DNA from: Octopus vulgaris
Lineage: Eukaryota
Direction: 5' to 3'
DNA length: 64,000 bases
Assembly (NCBI GenBank): GCA_951406725.2
Contig: OX597819.1
Coordinates: forward strand, 19,344,001-19,408,000
Shown here: positions 1 through 15,826 of the stretch, in pieces
How the letters are laid out: every line of letters begins with the position of its first letter
Position numbering within the stretch: position 1 is the stretch's first letter
Translations under genes and position numbers: made by a program
Notes under the pieces: generated by a model
The model's input: the letters and a program-made list of their open reading frames with translations, nothing else
Told to the model about the DNA's origin: nothing
Databases searched by the model: none

Positions 1-171
1 TGTCAGTTAGAATACTTACATGTTAATTAAACAGCAATTAATTCCGTTGATTAAACAAGTGAATTGTGATCATTGCATTGCATGACTTTGAGGTACAAAG
101 TTTGCTTTCAGAGCTCATGATGTATATGTGTTTGTGTCTCTGTGTGTTTGCTTGTGTCTCTGTGTGTTTGC

Positions 172-221
<50 letters not shown>

Positions 222-289
222 GTGTGTGTGTTTGCTTGTGTGTGTTTGCTTGTGTGTGTGTGTGGGGGGGGGGTATTTGCTTGTGTGTT

Positions 290-508
290 TCTGTGTCTTC
301 ATCCATGTGTATCTTTGTCTACCAAACACCACTTGACAACCGCTGTTGGTGGATTTACGTCCTAATAATTTAGCGGAACTGCATAAGAAAACGATAGAAT
401 ATGTACCAGACTTTAAAAAATGTCCTGGTGGACGACACATTGGACTAAAAGGTTCTTCAAGAATGTGCCCCAGAATGGTCGCCGTCTAATGAGTGATAGA
501 AATAAAGG
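290..508 (+). mobile_element. SINE family 1, degenerate 3' half
   Basis: CTTGACAACCG..GTTGGTG, ACGATAGAATA.GTACC and tail GAATGGTCGCCGTCTAATGAGTGA match the full copy at 23471. Confidence 0.7.
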
Positions 509-630
509 ATACCGTCTCCAGGACTGGATTTCCGGTTTCCATGGCACCTACGTGACCGAGAGCAGAAATCCTCTTGTGCAGGACGCCGGACATTCGGGTG
601 GGGCAGGTTTACGCATATAAGGCTGAGTAT

Positions 631-838
631 ATTTATTTCTTTATTTCCCACCGGAGGGGGAGGCTAAACATAGAGGGGTCAAAGAAGGACAGACAAAAGA
701 ATCAAGTCGGTTACATCGACCCTAGTGCATAACTGGTACTTATTTAATCAACAATGAATGGATGAAAGGCTAAGTCGACCTCGGTGGAAATATGATCCCA
801 GAACGTAGCGGCAGACGATTCTGCCAGCTCGCCGCCTT
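631..838 (-). mobile_element. SINE family 2 copy
   Basis: Minus strand begins GGCGGCGAGCTGGCAGAATC and contains GAGGTCGACTTAGCCTTTCATCC. Confidence 0.85.
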
Positions 839-1426
839 TTTAAGTTTTAGTATACTGCAGAAAAGTGGTTTGCTGAAGACCGCCTTGCATCACTTGATCG
901 GGGAATAGAAACTACAGCTAAGTCACACAATCGATCCTAAGTGGAGCGCCCTAATCCCTAAGCCCCTTAACTTGAAATGATTAAAGCAGTGAAAGCAAAA
1001 GCAAAAAGAAAAAAGAAGTGAAAGCTTATAGTTCCTCTCATGGCTATTGTTGTTTCTGTTGTTCTGTACTCGGTTTCAGCTACAAGTTGTGGCCATGCTG
1101 GGGTTTCAGCCATTAAATAACAAATCATACATAAACAGTTATACCAAATGAAAAGCTTTCTCACCCTGACCAGTCAAAAATTTGATTCTCAGGTATAATA
1201 TATTTCGAATGAATTTATACAATGTGCCCTTCTTTTAAGCTATTTAGCAGCTATATGTGGCACATCATGTAACGACATGATTGCTTCCATTTCTATCTCG
1301 TCTGTATATCTATTTCCCCATTTGCTAGTATAGGTTCATAAAAGCACCACGATTTCGCTGCATACATGTATGCAATTGCCAGTGTATGTACGTCTCTCTC
1401 TCTCTCTCACTGTTTGTTTGTTTGTT

Positions 1427-1498
<72 letters not shown>

Positions 1499-1760
1499 TG
1501 TGTTTAGAAAATAGATAGTGGGAATACAACCAGGCAGGTACCGTTCAATCATTCAGATATAATCCAAATTACGACTAACCGCATCGATTAATAACCTAGG
1601 ACTATTCGAGGTAAGCAATCCTAATGATTTTCGCCCGATGGGTAAATCCCAGGCTTGCTTCGTTGGATTATAAAATGATTACAAAGTATATATCCAAGAC
1701 TACCGAAATGAAAAAGGAGAATAAGAAATCTCCGCAGTTTCTATTCACTGAAACCCATGC

Positions 1761-1920
1761 TTACGTACTGAGTTCAAATTCCACCAGGATCGACTTTGCC
1801 ATTCGTCCTCTCGCGGCCGATAAATTAAGTACCAGTTGAACACTGTAGTCCATGCAATCGACTTAGCTCCTCCCCCACTTGAAATTGCAGGTCTTGTACC
1901 TGAATTTCAAATCATTATTA
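1761..1920 (+). mobile_element. SINE family 2 variant, headless (duplicated at 6837-6996)
   Basis: GAGTTCAAATTCCACCAGGATCGACTTTGCC..GATAAATTAAGTACCAG. Confidence 0.75.
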
Positions 1921-1937
1921 CAATCAAATGCACAGGA

Positions 1938-2164
1938 GACCCCTTTCGATTACGAATGACCATAGGATTTCACCTTGAAAGTTATCCACTAAGGCAAAAT
2001 CCGGGCAAGGTTGTTTTATGGAAGACCAGCAGTCACGCATGCATACTATGCTTCCTCTCTCCATACCACTGATGTTATCCAAGGGAAAGGCAAATGCCGG
2101 TTCATCTTGGCACCAGTGATGTCGCAACTCATTTCTACAGCTGAGTTAACTAGAGCAACGTGAA
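1938..2164 (-). mobile_element. SINE family 4, 3' part (duplicated at 7014-7240)
   Basis: Collinear with 42599-42919: GGGCAAGGTTGTTT.ATGGAAGACCAG..CTTGGCACCAGTGA..GCAACTCATTTCTACAGCTGA. Confidence 0.8.
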
Positions 2165-2271
2165 ATATATACATATATATATATATATATGTATGTATGC
2201 ATGTATGTATGTACCTATGTATGTATGCATATACATATATACATATATGCATGAATGTTATTTATATTTTC

Positions 2272-2315
<44 letters not shown>

Positions 2316-2532
2316 GTATACATAAGTATACATATGTATGTATGTTTGTATGTGACAGTTATGCAGGTGAATGTCAAAAGCGCCAGAAAGTAGGCCATGC
2401 GACCTAAATAAACGAGGACACAATCATAAGACAGAGAACGAAAACAAAAGCACTTGACATCTCGTTAGAATACAAAATGATACTTACTTTTATTTATGTG
2501 TGTCTGCGTGCCTATATTTCTTTGTATGTGTG

Positions 2533-2584
<52 letters not shown>

Positions 2585-2609
2585 TTTTATATTTACACAC
2601 ACACACACA

Positions 2610-2729
<120 letters not shown>

Positions 2730-3023
2730 AATAGATAGGTACTTTTTATATACAATGTAAACATACGTATATATACACATACAGAAACACATATATATAT
2801 ATTAATATGTGTATGTCTTGGCGACTTGCTTGTACCCCACCACAGCTTGACAACTGTATTTTTGGTTTGTTTTTAATTCCACATTACTAGCGTTTCGACA
2901 AAAACTTTTGGACAGGCTAAAGTCATTACTGGCATGGATTCGTTCGACCAAAATTATTCAAAGCGTTCTGCCTGCATAGCAGAGTAGAATGACTGAGATT
3001 AAAATATGTATAAGTATGTATAC

Positions 3024-3072
<49 letters not shown>

Positions 3073-3075
3073 CAT

Positions 3076-3186
<111 letters not shown>

Positions 3187-3477
3187 TGTATACAAAACCA
3201 AGGCTGTGTAGATTTCAGAACAATTATAAATAGGTCTTACAGCTGTTTCTAGGGTATTTATTATATCCATTCATTGACACTTTATTGTTATTTTAATTTT
3301 GATATTTCTATTATATGTAAATTTCTATACGGTCTAATTTAATTGTTCATTTTGAAATGAGGAAAGGTGTTTTTTTTTCTAATTTATATATATATATATA
3401 TTTTTTATTGTATGCAATTTGATGTAGTATTTCTAAATTGAATTTTTTCCCAGCAAGTTTGGATTTATATTCCCTCA

Positions 3478-3521
<44 letters not shown>

Positions 3522-3529
3522 TAATAATT

Positions 3530-3579
<50 letters not shown>

Positions 3580-3740
3580 TTATGAGAGATAATGGTGTCA
3601 GTGAGACGCAATGGTGTCAGGTAATGCTGAATATGTGCTATGGATAGAACATAGTTAAGTTCCAGATTCGGTGATTATGCGAATAAGGGGTCCCACTTAG
3701 GTCATATATCACCGTGTGTATATAAAATAATTTTCGTTAT

Positions 3741-4111
3741 GAGATAGAAGAAACCAAGGCTGTGTAGATTTTAGAATAATTATAAATAGGTCTTACAGCT
3801 GTTTCTAGGGTATTTATTACATCCCTTTATCGGAGATGGTGTGAGAAAATGGTTAAGCAATAAATAATTTAGATAAGATACGAAATAGAGAATTGAGGTG
3901 TAGGAAAGAAAATACAATATCCCTGCGTATCTCGCATCGATTTTTATTCCTCCACTTCACTCACTTTTTCGTATCAAATCTAAATTAATTATTGCTTAAC
4001 CATGTTCTTATACCATCTCCGATGAAGGGATATTATAAGTATCCTAGAAACAGCTGTAAAACCTATTTATAAATGTTCTAAATTCTACACAGCCTTGGTT
4101 TTTTTTATCTC
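3741..4111. mobile_element. Fold-back element with ~170-bp imperfect inverted arms, each carrying a hammerhead-like motif (putative Penelope-like element derivative); second copy ~9425-9788; solo arms at ~3195, ~8249 and ~8900
   Basis: GAGATAGAAGAAACCAAGGCTGTGTAGA at the left end is mirrored by TCTACACAGCCTTGGTTTTTTTTATCTC at the right end. The right arm has CCGATGA-AGGGATATTATAAGTATCCT-A-GAAACAGCTGTA (4018-4057). Confidence 0.75.
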
Positions 4112-4147
4112 TTTATGTACAGTTATATATTTTATTTTTTTTTATTT

Positions 4148-4490
4148 TCATTTTTATCTCGTTTCAGCTCACGAGCTGTGGCCATGCTGAGGCACCGCCG
4201 TCTGGTGTTGCTACATGGTTTTACTTCACCAATGTTTTTTAGCAACTGTCATTTGGTGCATGAGAGAGTTCGATGCAGCTGTCCTCATCTGCACCTCCTG
4301 CCGTGAAGTTGGTTCATCTGGGATACCTGACAAGAAGAGATCCGGTTTCATTTTAAAGACATCTGCATCCACCCCATGCAGGTCTCTTAGGTTCTTCGGG
4401 AGGATATTGAAGAGCTGTGGACTTCGGAAGCCCAGGCTATCACAGTATCTTGTCCTACATCTTGATGGCAAATTTGGAGTCCTAGGCACC
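4148..4490 (-). mobile_element. 5'-truncated LINE (CR1/L2-like) ORF2 C-terminus plus 3' UTR; duplicate at 9825-10167
   Basis: Translation LFNILPKNLRDLHGVDADVFKMKPDLFLSGIPDEP fits the FNxLP..FKxxLDxFLxxIPDEP ending of CR1-group reverse transcriptase ORFs. It is followed by a stem-loop 3' tail and an A-rich end. Confidence 0.75.
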
Positions 4491-5228
4491 TATATATATA
4501 TAGACGTTTGGCTAAATGTTACCTTTCAGTAAATCAAAATTCCATTGATATTCAAAATTCAATTTTATTTATTTATTCCAATTATGAACGCTGATTCTCA
4601 AAATCACTGTTATCTCATTCAACATTTGTGTATGCATTAGTGAAGTTTCATCTAACATAATTTTTGACTTAAATCATGGAGTTAAATGGGTTTTGAATTA
4701 CTGTCAAGTGAATTTTGGCCAGCACTCTACATGCTTATGTGTGTATATATATATATATATACCAGCATATGGAAGCACGCACTAGGGTGTTATGTAAATA
4801 TGTATATACGCATGTCTATAACGTTTGTCGTTGATCACAGCCTAAATTGTTCCCCGGTGAAATAATTGTTATGCGGAAGGAGTGTTTTTAATTAGAGATG
4901 GTGACTGTTTAATGCGTGTGTGCGTACGTGAGGTCGAAGCTAAATTTTGATATATACACACCAACACAGGCACACCTACAGCTACACACCTTTGGTCAGG
5001 GACATACATACATACATACAATACACAAGAATACAAACACACACACACACACACGTATTAATGGAGACTTTAATATAAAAGTATTTAAATATATATGTAT
5101 GTACGCGTGCGAGTATGTGTATGTGTGTACATATGAACACACATATACATATATACAAGCATACGCATGCCTGTACTTACAGTTCATAACTATAAATATA
5201 TATATATGTTTGTGTGTGTGCATGTATA

Positions 5229-5295
<67 letters not shown>

Positions 5296-5547
5296 TATAC
5301 CGCCCCATATATTCTCTCATTTTTACTTGATTCCCTCATTTTAAGCGGCCATGCTACAGCACCGCCTTCAAGGGATTTTTTTCAAACAATTCGACTTTTA
5401 ATTTGAAGTCTGGAACATATTTTATCGGTCAGTTTTGTCAAACTGTTAAGTTCCGGATACGTAAATGTATCACAAGTATAGTGCGGAACGAACACACACA
5501 CACACAGATGTATACAAATCATTGTGAGTGGAAACCAGAGAAGTCTG

Positions 5548-5613
<66 letters not shown>

Positions 5614-5626
5614 ACATATATACATG

Positions 5627-5753
<127 letters not shown>

Positions 5754-6059
5754 CTTTAGTTAGGCCGCCGCCTTAGTAGAAAAAGCTAGCCCAATAGGGT
5801 ACGTAGTGGGATTGAACTCGATGGCATGTGGTTAGGAAACTGTCTGTTTATCTCACAGACACACTTGCACGTCTATAAATGCATACATACACAAAAACTC
5901 ACACACACAAATACTCACACACAAACACCTACACATGAACACATATACACATATATGCATGTTTATATTTATATATACATACACGTATGTTTTTTTTTTT
6001 TTTGTTTTTCCAGTTTCAGCTCTTGAGCTGTGGCCATGCTGGGGCACCGCCATTGTGGT

Positions 6060-6211
6060 GTAAAGAGTACAGCAGGGATCACCACACCCTGCGGAGCCTC
6101 GTAGAAGCTTTTTAGGTGTTTTCGCTCAATAAACACACACAACGCCCGGTCTGAGAATCGAAACCGCGATCCTGCGACCGCGAGTCCGCTGCCCTAACCA
6201 CTAGGCCATTG

Positions 6212-6217
<6 letters not shown>
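6060..6217 (-). mobile_element. SINE family 3, 5' part (copies at 11878-12030 and a scrambled one at 12320-12415)
   Basis: tRNA-like head GGCGCAATGGCCTAGTGGTTAGGGCAGCGGACTCGCGGTCGCAGGATCGCGGTTTCGATTC; matches 59768-60160. Confidence 0.85.
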
Positions 6218-6303
<86 letters not shown>

Positions 6304-6524
6304 TATAGATATAGATAGAGAGAGAGGGAGAGAGAGTAAAACACTCATATACTCATATAGAGAGATAAACACACATATGTATATATCAGTGCATATACAA
6401 ATGGACATACACTCAAACATATTCATGTATATATGTGCATACATGTATACACACATATATATATATATATATATACATTTAGATAAACAGAGTTACAGAC
6501 AGACACACACATACACACACACAT

Positions 6525-6590
<66 letters not shown>

Positions 6591-7349
6591 GTATATATAT
6601 AGCTATGCATATACATAGAGATAATCATTCAGATATAATCCAAATTACGACTAACCGCATCGATTAATAACCTAGGACTATTCGAGGTAAGCAATCCTAA
6701 TGATTTTCGCCCGATGGGTAAATCCCAGGCTTGCTTCGTTGGATTATAAAATGATTACAAAGTATATATCCAAGACTACCGAAATGAAAAAGGAGAATAA
6801 GAAATCTCCGCAGTTTCTATTCACTGAAACCCATGCTTACGTACTGAGTTCAAATTCCACCAGGATCGACTTTGCCATTCGTCCTCTCGCGGCCGATAAA
6901 TTAAGTACCAGTTGAACACTGTAGTCCATGCAATCGACTTAGCTCCTCCCCCACTTGAAATTGCAGGTCTTGTACCTGAATTTCAAATCATTATTACAAT
7001 CAAATGCACAGGAGACCCCTTTCGATTACGAATGACCATAGGATTTCACCTTGAAAGTTATCCACTAAGGCAAAATCCGGGCAAGGTTGTTTTATGGAAG
7101 ACCAGCAGTCACGCATGCATACTATGCTTCCTCTCTCCATACCACTGATGTTATCCAAGGGAAAGGCAAATGCCGGTTCATCTTGGCACCAGTGATGTCG
7201 CAACTCATTTCTACAGCTGAGTTAACTAGAGCAACGTGAAATATATACATATATATATATATATATGTATGTATGCATGTATGTATGTACCTATGTATGT
7301 ATGCATATACATATATACATATATGCATGAATGTTATTTATATTTTCAT

Positions 7350-7380
<31 letters not shown>

Positions 7381-7597
7381 GTATACATATGTATACATAT
7401 GTATGTATGTTTGTATGTGACAGTTATGCAGGTGAATGTCAAAAGCGCCAGAAAGTAGGCCATGCGACCTAAATAAACGAGGACACAATCATAAGACAGA
7501 GAACGAAAACAAAAGCACTTGACATCTCGTTAGAATACAAAATGATACTTACTTTTATTTATGTGTGTCTGCGTGCCTATATTTCTTTGTATGTGTG

Positions 7598-7636
<39 letters not shown>

Positions 7637-7666
7637 TTTTTTATATTTACACACACACACACAGAC

Positions 7667-7797
<131 letters not shown>

Positions 7798-8089
7798 TAG
7801 ATAGGTAGTTTTTATATACAATGTAAACATACGTATATATACACATACAGAAACACATATATATATATTAATATGTGTATGTCTTGGCGACTTGCTTGTA
7901 CCCCACCACAGCTTGACAACTGTATTTTTGGTTTGTTTTTAATTCCTCATTACTAGCGTTTCGACAAAAACTTTTGGACAGGCTAAAGTCATTACTGGCA
8001 TGGATTCGTTCGACCAAAATTATTCAAAGCGTTCTGCCTGCATAGCAGAGTAGAAAGACTGAGATTAAAATATGTATAAGTATGTATAC

Positions 8090-8130
<41 letters not shown>

Positions 8131-8152
8131 CATGCACACACATATATATATA

Positions 8153-8240
<88 letters not shown>

Positions 8241-8530
8241 TGTATACAAAACCAAGGCTGTGTAGATTTCAGAACAATTATAAATAGGTCTTACAGCTGT
8301 TTCTAGGGTATTTATTATATCCCTTCATTGACACTTTATTGTTATTTTAATTTTGATATTTCTATTATATGTAAATTTCTATACGGTCTAATTTAATCGT
8401 TCATTTTGAAATGAGGAAAGGTGTTTTTTTTTTCTAATTTATATATATATATATTTTTTATTGTATGCAATTTGATGTAGTATTTCTAAATTGAATTTTT
8501 TCCCAGCAAGTTTGGATTTATATTCCCTCA

Positions 8531-8575
<45 letters not shown>

Positions 8576-8579
8576 TATT

Positions 8580-8633
<54 letters not shown>

Positions 8634-8825
8634 TTATGAGAGATAATGGTGTCATGAGACGCAATGAACAAAAACTTTTGGACAGGCTAAAGTCATTACT
8701 GGCATGGATTCGTTCGACCAAAATTATTCAAAGCGTTCTGCCTGCATAGCAGAGTAGAAAGACTGAGATTAAAATATGTATATATATAACGTGTATATAA
8801 ATATATATTTTCGCACACACATATA

Positions 8826-8888
<63 letters not shown>

Positions 8889-9161
8889 GAGATAGAAGAA
8901 ACCAAAACCAAGGCTGTGTAGATTTTAGAATAATTATAAATAGGTCTTATCCCTTCATTGACACTTTATTGTTATTTTAATTTTGATATTTCTATTATAT
9001 GTAAATTTCTATACGGTCTAATTTAATCGTTCATTTTGAAATGAGGAAAGGTGTTTTTTTTTTCTAATTTATATATATATATATTTTTTATTGTATGCAA
9101 TTTGATGTAGTATTTCTAAATTGAATTTTTTTCCCAGCAAGTTTGGATTTATATTCCCTCA

Positions 9162-9206
<45 letters not shown>

Positions 9207-9210
9207 TATT

Positions 9211-9264
<54 letters not shown>

Positions 9265-10907
9265 TTATGAGAGATAATGGTGTCAGTGAGACGCAATGGT
9301 GTCAGGTAATGCTGAATATGTGCTATGGATAGAACATAGTTAAGTTCCAGATTCGGTGATTATGCGAATAAGGGGTCCCACTTAGGTCATATATCACCGT
9401 GTGTATATAAAATAATTTTCGTTATGAGATAGAAGAAACCAAGGCTGTGTAGATTTTAGAATAATAAATAGGTCTTACAGCTGTTAAGGCATTTATTACA
9501 TCCTTATCGGAGATGGTGTGAGAAAATGGTTAAGCAATAAATAATTTAGATAAGATACGAAATAGAGAATTGAGGTGTAGGAAAGAAAATACAATATCCC
9601 TGCGTATCTCGCATCGATTTTTATTCCTCCACTTCACTCACTTTTTCGTATCAAATCTAAATTAATTATTGCTTAACCATGTTCTTATACCATCTCCGAT
9701 GAAGGGATATTATAAGTATCCTAGAAACAGCTGTAAAACCTATTTATAAATGTTCTAAATTCTACACAGCCTTGGTTTTTTTTATCTCTTTATGTACAGT
9801 TATATATTTTATTTTTTTTTATTTTCATTTTTATCTCGTTTCAGCTCACGAGCTGTGGCCATGCTGAGGCACCGCCGTCTGGTGTTGCTACATGGTTTTA
9901 CTTCACCAATGTTTTTTAGCAACTGTCATTTGGTGCATGAGAGAGTTCGATGCAGCTGTCCTCATCTGCACCTCCTGCCGTGAAGTTGGTTCATCTGGGA
10001 TACCTGACAAGAAGAGATCCGGTTTCATTTTAAAGACATCTGCATCCACCCCATGCAGGTCTCTTAGGTTCTTCGGGAGGATATTGAAGAGCTGTGGACT
10101 TCGGAAGCCCAGGCTATCACAGTATCTTGTCCTACATCTTGATGGCAAATTTGGAGTCCTAGGCACCTATATATATATAGACGTTTGGCTAAATGTTACC
10201 TTTCAGTAAATCAAAATTCCATTGATATTCAAAATTCAATTTTATTTATTTATTCCAATTATGAACGCTGATTCTCAAAATCACTGTTATCTCATTCAAC
10301 ATTTGTGTATGCATTAGTGAAGTTTCATCTAACATAATTTTTGACTTAAATCATGGAGTTAAATGGGTTTTGAATTACTGTCAAGTGAATTTTGGCCAGC
10401 ACTCTACATGCTTATGTGTGTATATATATATATATATACCAGCATATGGAAGCACGCACTAGGGTGTTATGTAAATATGTATATACGCATGTCTATAACG
10501 TTTGTCGTTGATCACAGCCTAAATTGTTCCCCGGTGAAATAATTGTTATGCGGAAGGAGTGTTTTTAATTAGAGATGGTGACTGTTTAATGCGTGTGTGC
10601 GTACGTGAGGTCGAAGCTAAATTTTGATATATACACACCAACACAGGCACACCTACAGCTACACACCTTTGGTCAGGGACATACATACATACATACAATA
10701 CACAAGAATACAAACACACACACACACATACGTATTAATGGAGACTTTAATATAAAAGTATTTAAATATATATGTATGTACGCGTGCGAGTATGTGTATG
10801 TGTGTACATATGAACACACATATACATATATACAAGCATACGCATGCCTGTACTTACAGTTCATAACTATAAATATATATATATGTTTGTGTGTGTGCAT
10901 GTATATA

Positions 10908-10964
<57 letters not shown>

Positions 10965-11196
10965 TATACCGCCCCATATATTCTCTCATTTTTACTTGAT
11001 TCCCTCATTTTATGCGGCCATGCTACAGCACCGCCTTCAAGGGATTTTTTTCAAACAATTCGACTTTTAATTTGAAGTCTGGAACATATTTTATCGGTCA
11101 GTTTGTCAAACTGTTAAGTTCCGGATACGTAAATGTATCACAAGTATAGTGCTGAACGAACACACACACACACAGATGTATACAAATCAGAGTCTG

Positions 11197-11244
<48 letters not shown>

Positions 11245-11252
11245 GTATGATG

Positions 11253-11297
<45 letters not shown>

Positions 11298-11312
11298 CAC
11301 ACACACACACAC

Positions 11313-11367
<55 letters not shown>

Positions 11368-11470
11368 CTTTAGTTAAAGCTAGCCCAATAGGGTACGTAG
11401 TGGGATTGAACTCGTGGCAGTTAGGAAAGAAGTCTGTCATATATATGAACACATATACACATATATGCAT

Positions 11471-11520
<50 letters not shown>

Positions 11521-11544
11521 ACGCCCGGTCTGAGAATATATACT

Positions 11545-11676
<132 letters not shown>

Positions 11677-12025
11677 TATAGATATAGAGAGAGAGAGGGA
11701 GAGAGAGTAAAACACTCATATACTCATATAGAGAGATAAACACACATATGTATATATCAGTGCATATACAAATGGACATACACTCAAACATATTCATGTA
11801 TATATGTGCATACATATGTATATATGTGCATACAGCTCTTGAGCTGTGGCCATGCTGGGGCACCGCCATTGTGGTGAAAGAGTACAGCAGGGATCACCAC
11901 CCCCTGCGGAGCCTCGTAGAGCTTTTTAGGTGTTTTCGCTCAATAAACACACACAACGCCCGGTCTGAGAATCGAAACCGCGATCCTGCGACCGCGAGTC
12001 CGCTGCCCTAACCACTAGGCCATTG

Positions 12026-12119
<94 letters not shown>

Positions 12120-12429
12120 TATAGATATAGATAGAGAGAGAGGGGGAGAGAGTAAAACACTCATATACTCATATAGAGAGATAAACACACTTATGTATAT
12201 ATCAGTGCATATACAAATGGACATACACTCAAACATATTCATGTATATATGTGCATACATATGTATATACACACAGCTATATGAGCTATATATATATACA
12301 TTTAGATAAACAGAGTTACAGACAGGGATCACCCCTGCGGACAGACACAATACACACTGAGAATCGAAACATCCTGCGACCGCAGTCCGCTGCCCTAACC
12401 ACTAGGCCATTGCGTCTCTCTCTCTCTCA

Positions 12430-12515
<86 letters not shown>

Positions 12516-12695
12516 GGGAGAGAGTAAAACACTCATATACTCATATATAGAGAGATAAACACACATATGTATATATCAGTGCATATACAAATGGACATAC
12601 ACTCAAACATATTCATGTATATATGTGCATACATGTATACACACACATATATATATATATATATACATTTAGATAAACAGAGTTACAGACAGACA

Positions 12696-12772
<77 letters not shown>

Positions 12773-13527
12773 GTATATATATAGCTATGCATATACATAG
12801 AGATACATCCACACATACTCATTATATATGTGCACATATATAAATATATATATGCATGTATTTATATATACATAAATAGAGAGAGAGAGAGAGGCACTCA
12901 CATATACACACATATAGCAGTGCCTATACATCAATATACGTGTGGTTGTGGTTGTATTTTTAGCATTCATTTAAAACTGTGCTGTTTGTAAGAGCTTCAG
13001 TCGCCGCCTGTAGTCGACTGTTTACCGTTAACTAATTTGCAGGTTTCCAATGATTTTAGTTCCTCTATTGTGAATATATTTAGTTACGAATTGAGCGAGT
13101 TTTAAATAATTTACACTCAAGTATCACTCACAGCAGACAAACACACGTAGTCCAGTGTATATAAACAACCCGGAACATAGACTCCCGCATATATCTACAT
13201 ACCTGTGTAGGCGTATATATGAGTGATAGCGTACAAATTTATTCCTTGTTTACATAGCATATTTATGTGAGATGTGTGTGTGCGTGTGTGAGTAAGTGTG
13301 TGTTTGTGTGCTTCTGTTTGTCTGTACGTTCGTCTTTCAATTATCTCTGTACCTATCCCTAGTCCCTGCCTGTATGTGTCTGTCGGTCCATCTTTCCACC
13401 TAATCAATCGTTTCTGCTTATGTACCCACCTATCGGTCGATCTGCATATGCCTATGTCCACACGTACATATTCATATATATAGTATATATGTGTGTGTGT
13501 GTTTGTGCATATATATATATATCTATA

Positions 13528-13583
<56 letters not shown>

Positions 13584-13585
13584 TA

Positions 13586-13625
<40 letters not shown>

Positions 13626-13763
13626 TACATGCACACAAGTTTGTAATTGTGTGTTTATTTGTATATTTTTCTGTATCCACGCGTGTTTGTGTGAGTGAAT
13701 GTGTGTGTTCATACATATATATATGTGCATATATATATGAATATGTATAGGTATATCATTTAT

Positions 13764-13836
<73 letters not shown>

Positions 13837-14384
13837 CCTCGAAATACGAGAGTAGAAAAACAACCGACAACTGATAAAGTTTGGTTCTTAGTGTTGTTTG
13901 CCAATTGTGTCATTCGTTGTTCGAAAAAATAGTTCATATTCCATGTATGAACGCACGTTTGTTTTGTGACGAAAGGATGTAAGTAAAAAGAAAACAAAAC
14001 TTGAGAATTTGTCCCGTGTCGCTGCGATCGTCCAAATGTGTTGAAATCTTCAGCTTTAAGTTTCAGTAAATACAATGAACTATATTTAAGTTTACGTACG
14101 TCTGTTCTCCCTCTCTCACTCGCTCTCTCTCTCTCTGTTCGTCTTGCACTTTTTCCTTCCTCTGAACTTTGGAATCAGCTCAGGCACACATATTCGTCAA
14201 TTTTCAAGAGGAGGCATCCGAGATGCGTCTCACTGCTGCAGCGGGAATATATACTGTCTTTTAAAACTTTCCTACATTCTGAGTTGCCCAATCGGTTTCT
14301 CTGCTAATTTCATCGAAGTATTTGAATTTGTTGCATCTTTATAAGTCTGAAGAAGCCTAAAATCTCTTTTTTTACACAAATTTT

Positions 14385-14562
14385 TGTCACAAGCAATTTC
14401 GGGGAGGTGGGTAGTAAATCGATTATATCGAACGCAGTGTCAAAACGGTACGTTTTTATCGACCTCGAAAAGGGGAACGGCAAAGACTACCTGAACAGAA
14501 TCTTAACTGAGAACGGGAAGTCGAAAAAAATGTCGTTAAACGGTAACGTTTCTGTCAGCTCT
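14385..14562 (-). mobile_element. SINE family 2, degenerate copy
   Basis: GATTATATCGAAC.CAGTG..GGTAC..TTTATCGACCTCGAAA..GGCAAAG. Confidence 0.65.
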
Positions 14563-15144
14563 CCCCATTAACAAGAGCCTTCAGATTAATAAGTCTGCTC
14601 ATTGTTACATGAGGTAGTTATGGCTGGCTAAGTCTACCTTACGTTGAGCAATGACTGTGCAGAAATGCGGAATATGTTCATAAATATCATCAGTTGTCAT
14701 TCTATGAGATATTCTGAGCCTCCATGAATGGTCTGACATATATAAAATGAAGACACTATGGAAACTCTTCTATTCTTGTCCGCATTTCGGTTCTATTGAA
14801 AAGGATGCGTATATTCTATATCCAACACATACATACATACGTAAGTACATACATATATACATACATACGTATGTACATGCATATATACACGCATACGTAT
14901 CTACGCATATTAGTGTGCGGCTTTGGCTTTTCTCCCTGTCTGTCTGTCTATCTAACTGTCTGTTTCTCTCTCTATATATATATATTTATGTGTATATTAA
15001 TATTACAATAAATATTCATATCTACATACACAAATATATATGCAAATATATATACGCATAAATATATATATACATATATGTATATATGTATATATATATA
15101 TATATATATATAAATACATACGTGTATATATATACGTATATACA

Positions 15145-15193
<49 letters not shown>

Positions 15194-15826
15194 GTATTTT
15201 TGTATGGACGTGTGTGTATGTATATATGTGTATAGTATATACTTTTTATGAGTTTGCTATTGCACGTATGCATGTGGATGTGTGGTGTTATATATTTCTT
15301 TGTAATTGTTTTCTTTAGCATAACGGCAAGGGTGCGGGCATTCCTGTTGAAAAAAATTTTTCCCTATTATGCGGTCTTGGGTTCATTCGCCTTGTGTAGC
15401 AAGTTTGGCAAGCGGAACCACCAAACCACCAAAAACCTACGAGAGAATTTTATACATAGAAACTGAAAGAAGATATGTATGTACATTTGCATGATGTATC
15501 TATATATGTATATCTATATATATGATCTCTGTATATGTGTATGCCTCTCTATATCTACCTATCTATATGATTTATCTATCTATACCTTTGTGTTTGTGTT
15601 GTATTTGTCTCAAGCACCGCTTGGCTTCTTGTGATGGTTTGTTTCCAAAGCCGTAACTTAGCAGGACGTCAAAAACAAACGATAGAATAAGAGCTAGACG
15701 TAAAAAAAAAAGTTCTAGGGATCTATTCGTATGACTCCAATCTTAAAGAGGGTGCCCTATCATCTGCATTTCAATGGCTGGAACGAATGAAAGATAAAAT
15801 ATTTTTTTTTAAATGAACTCTATTAT

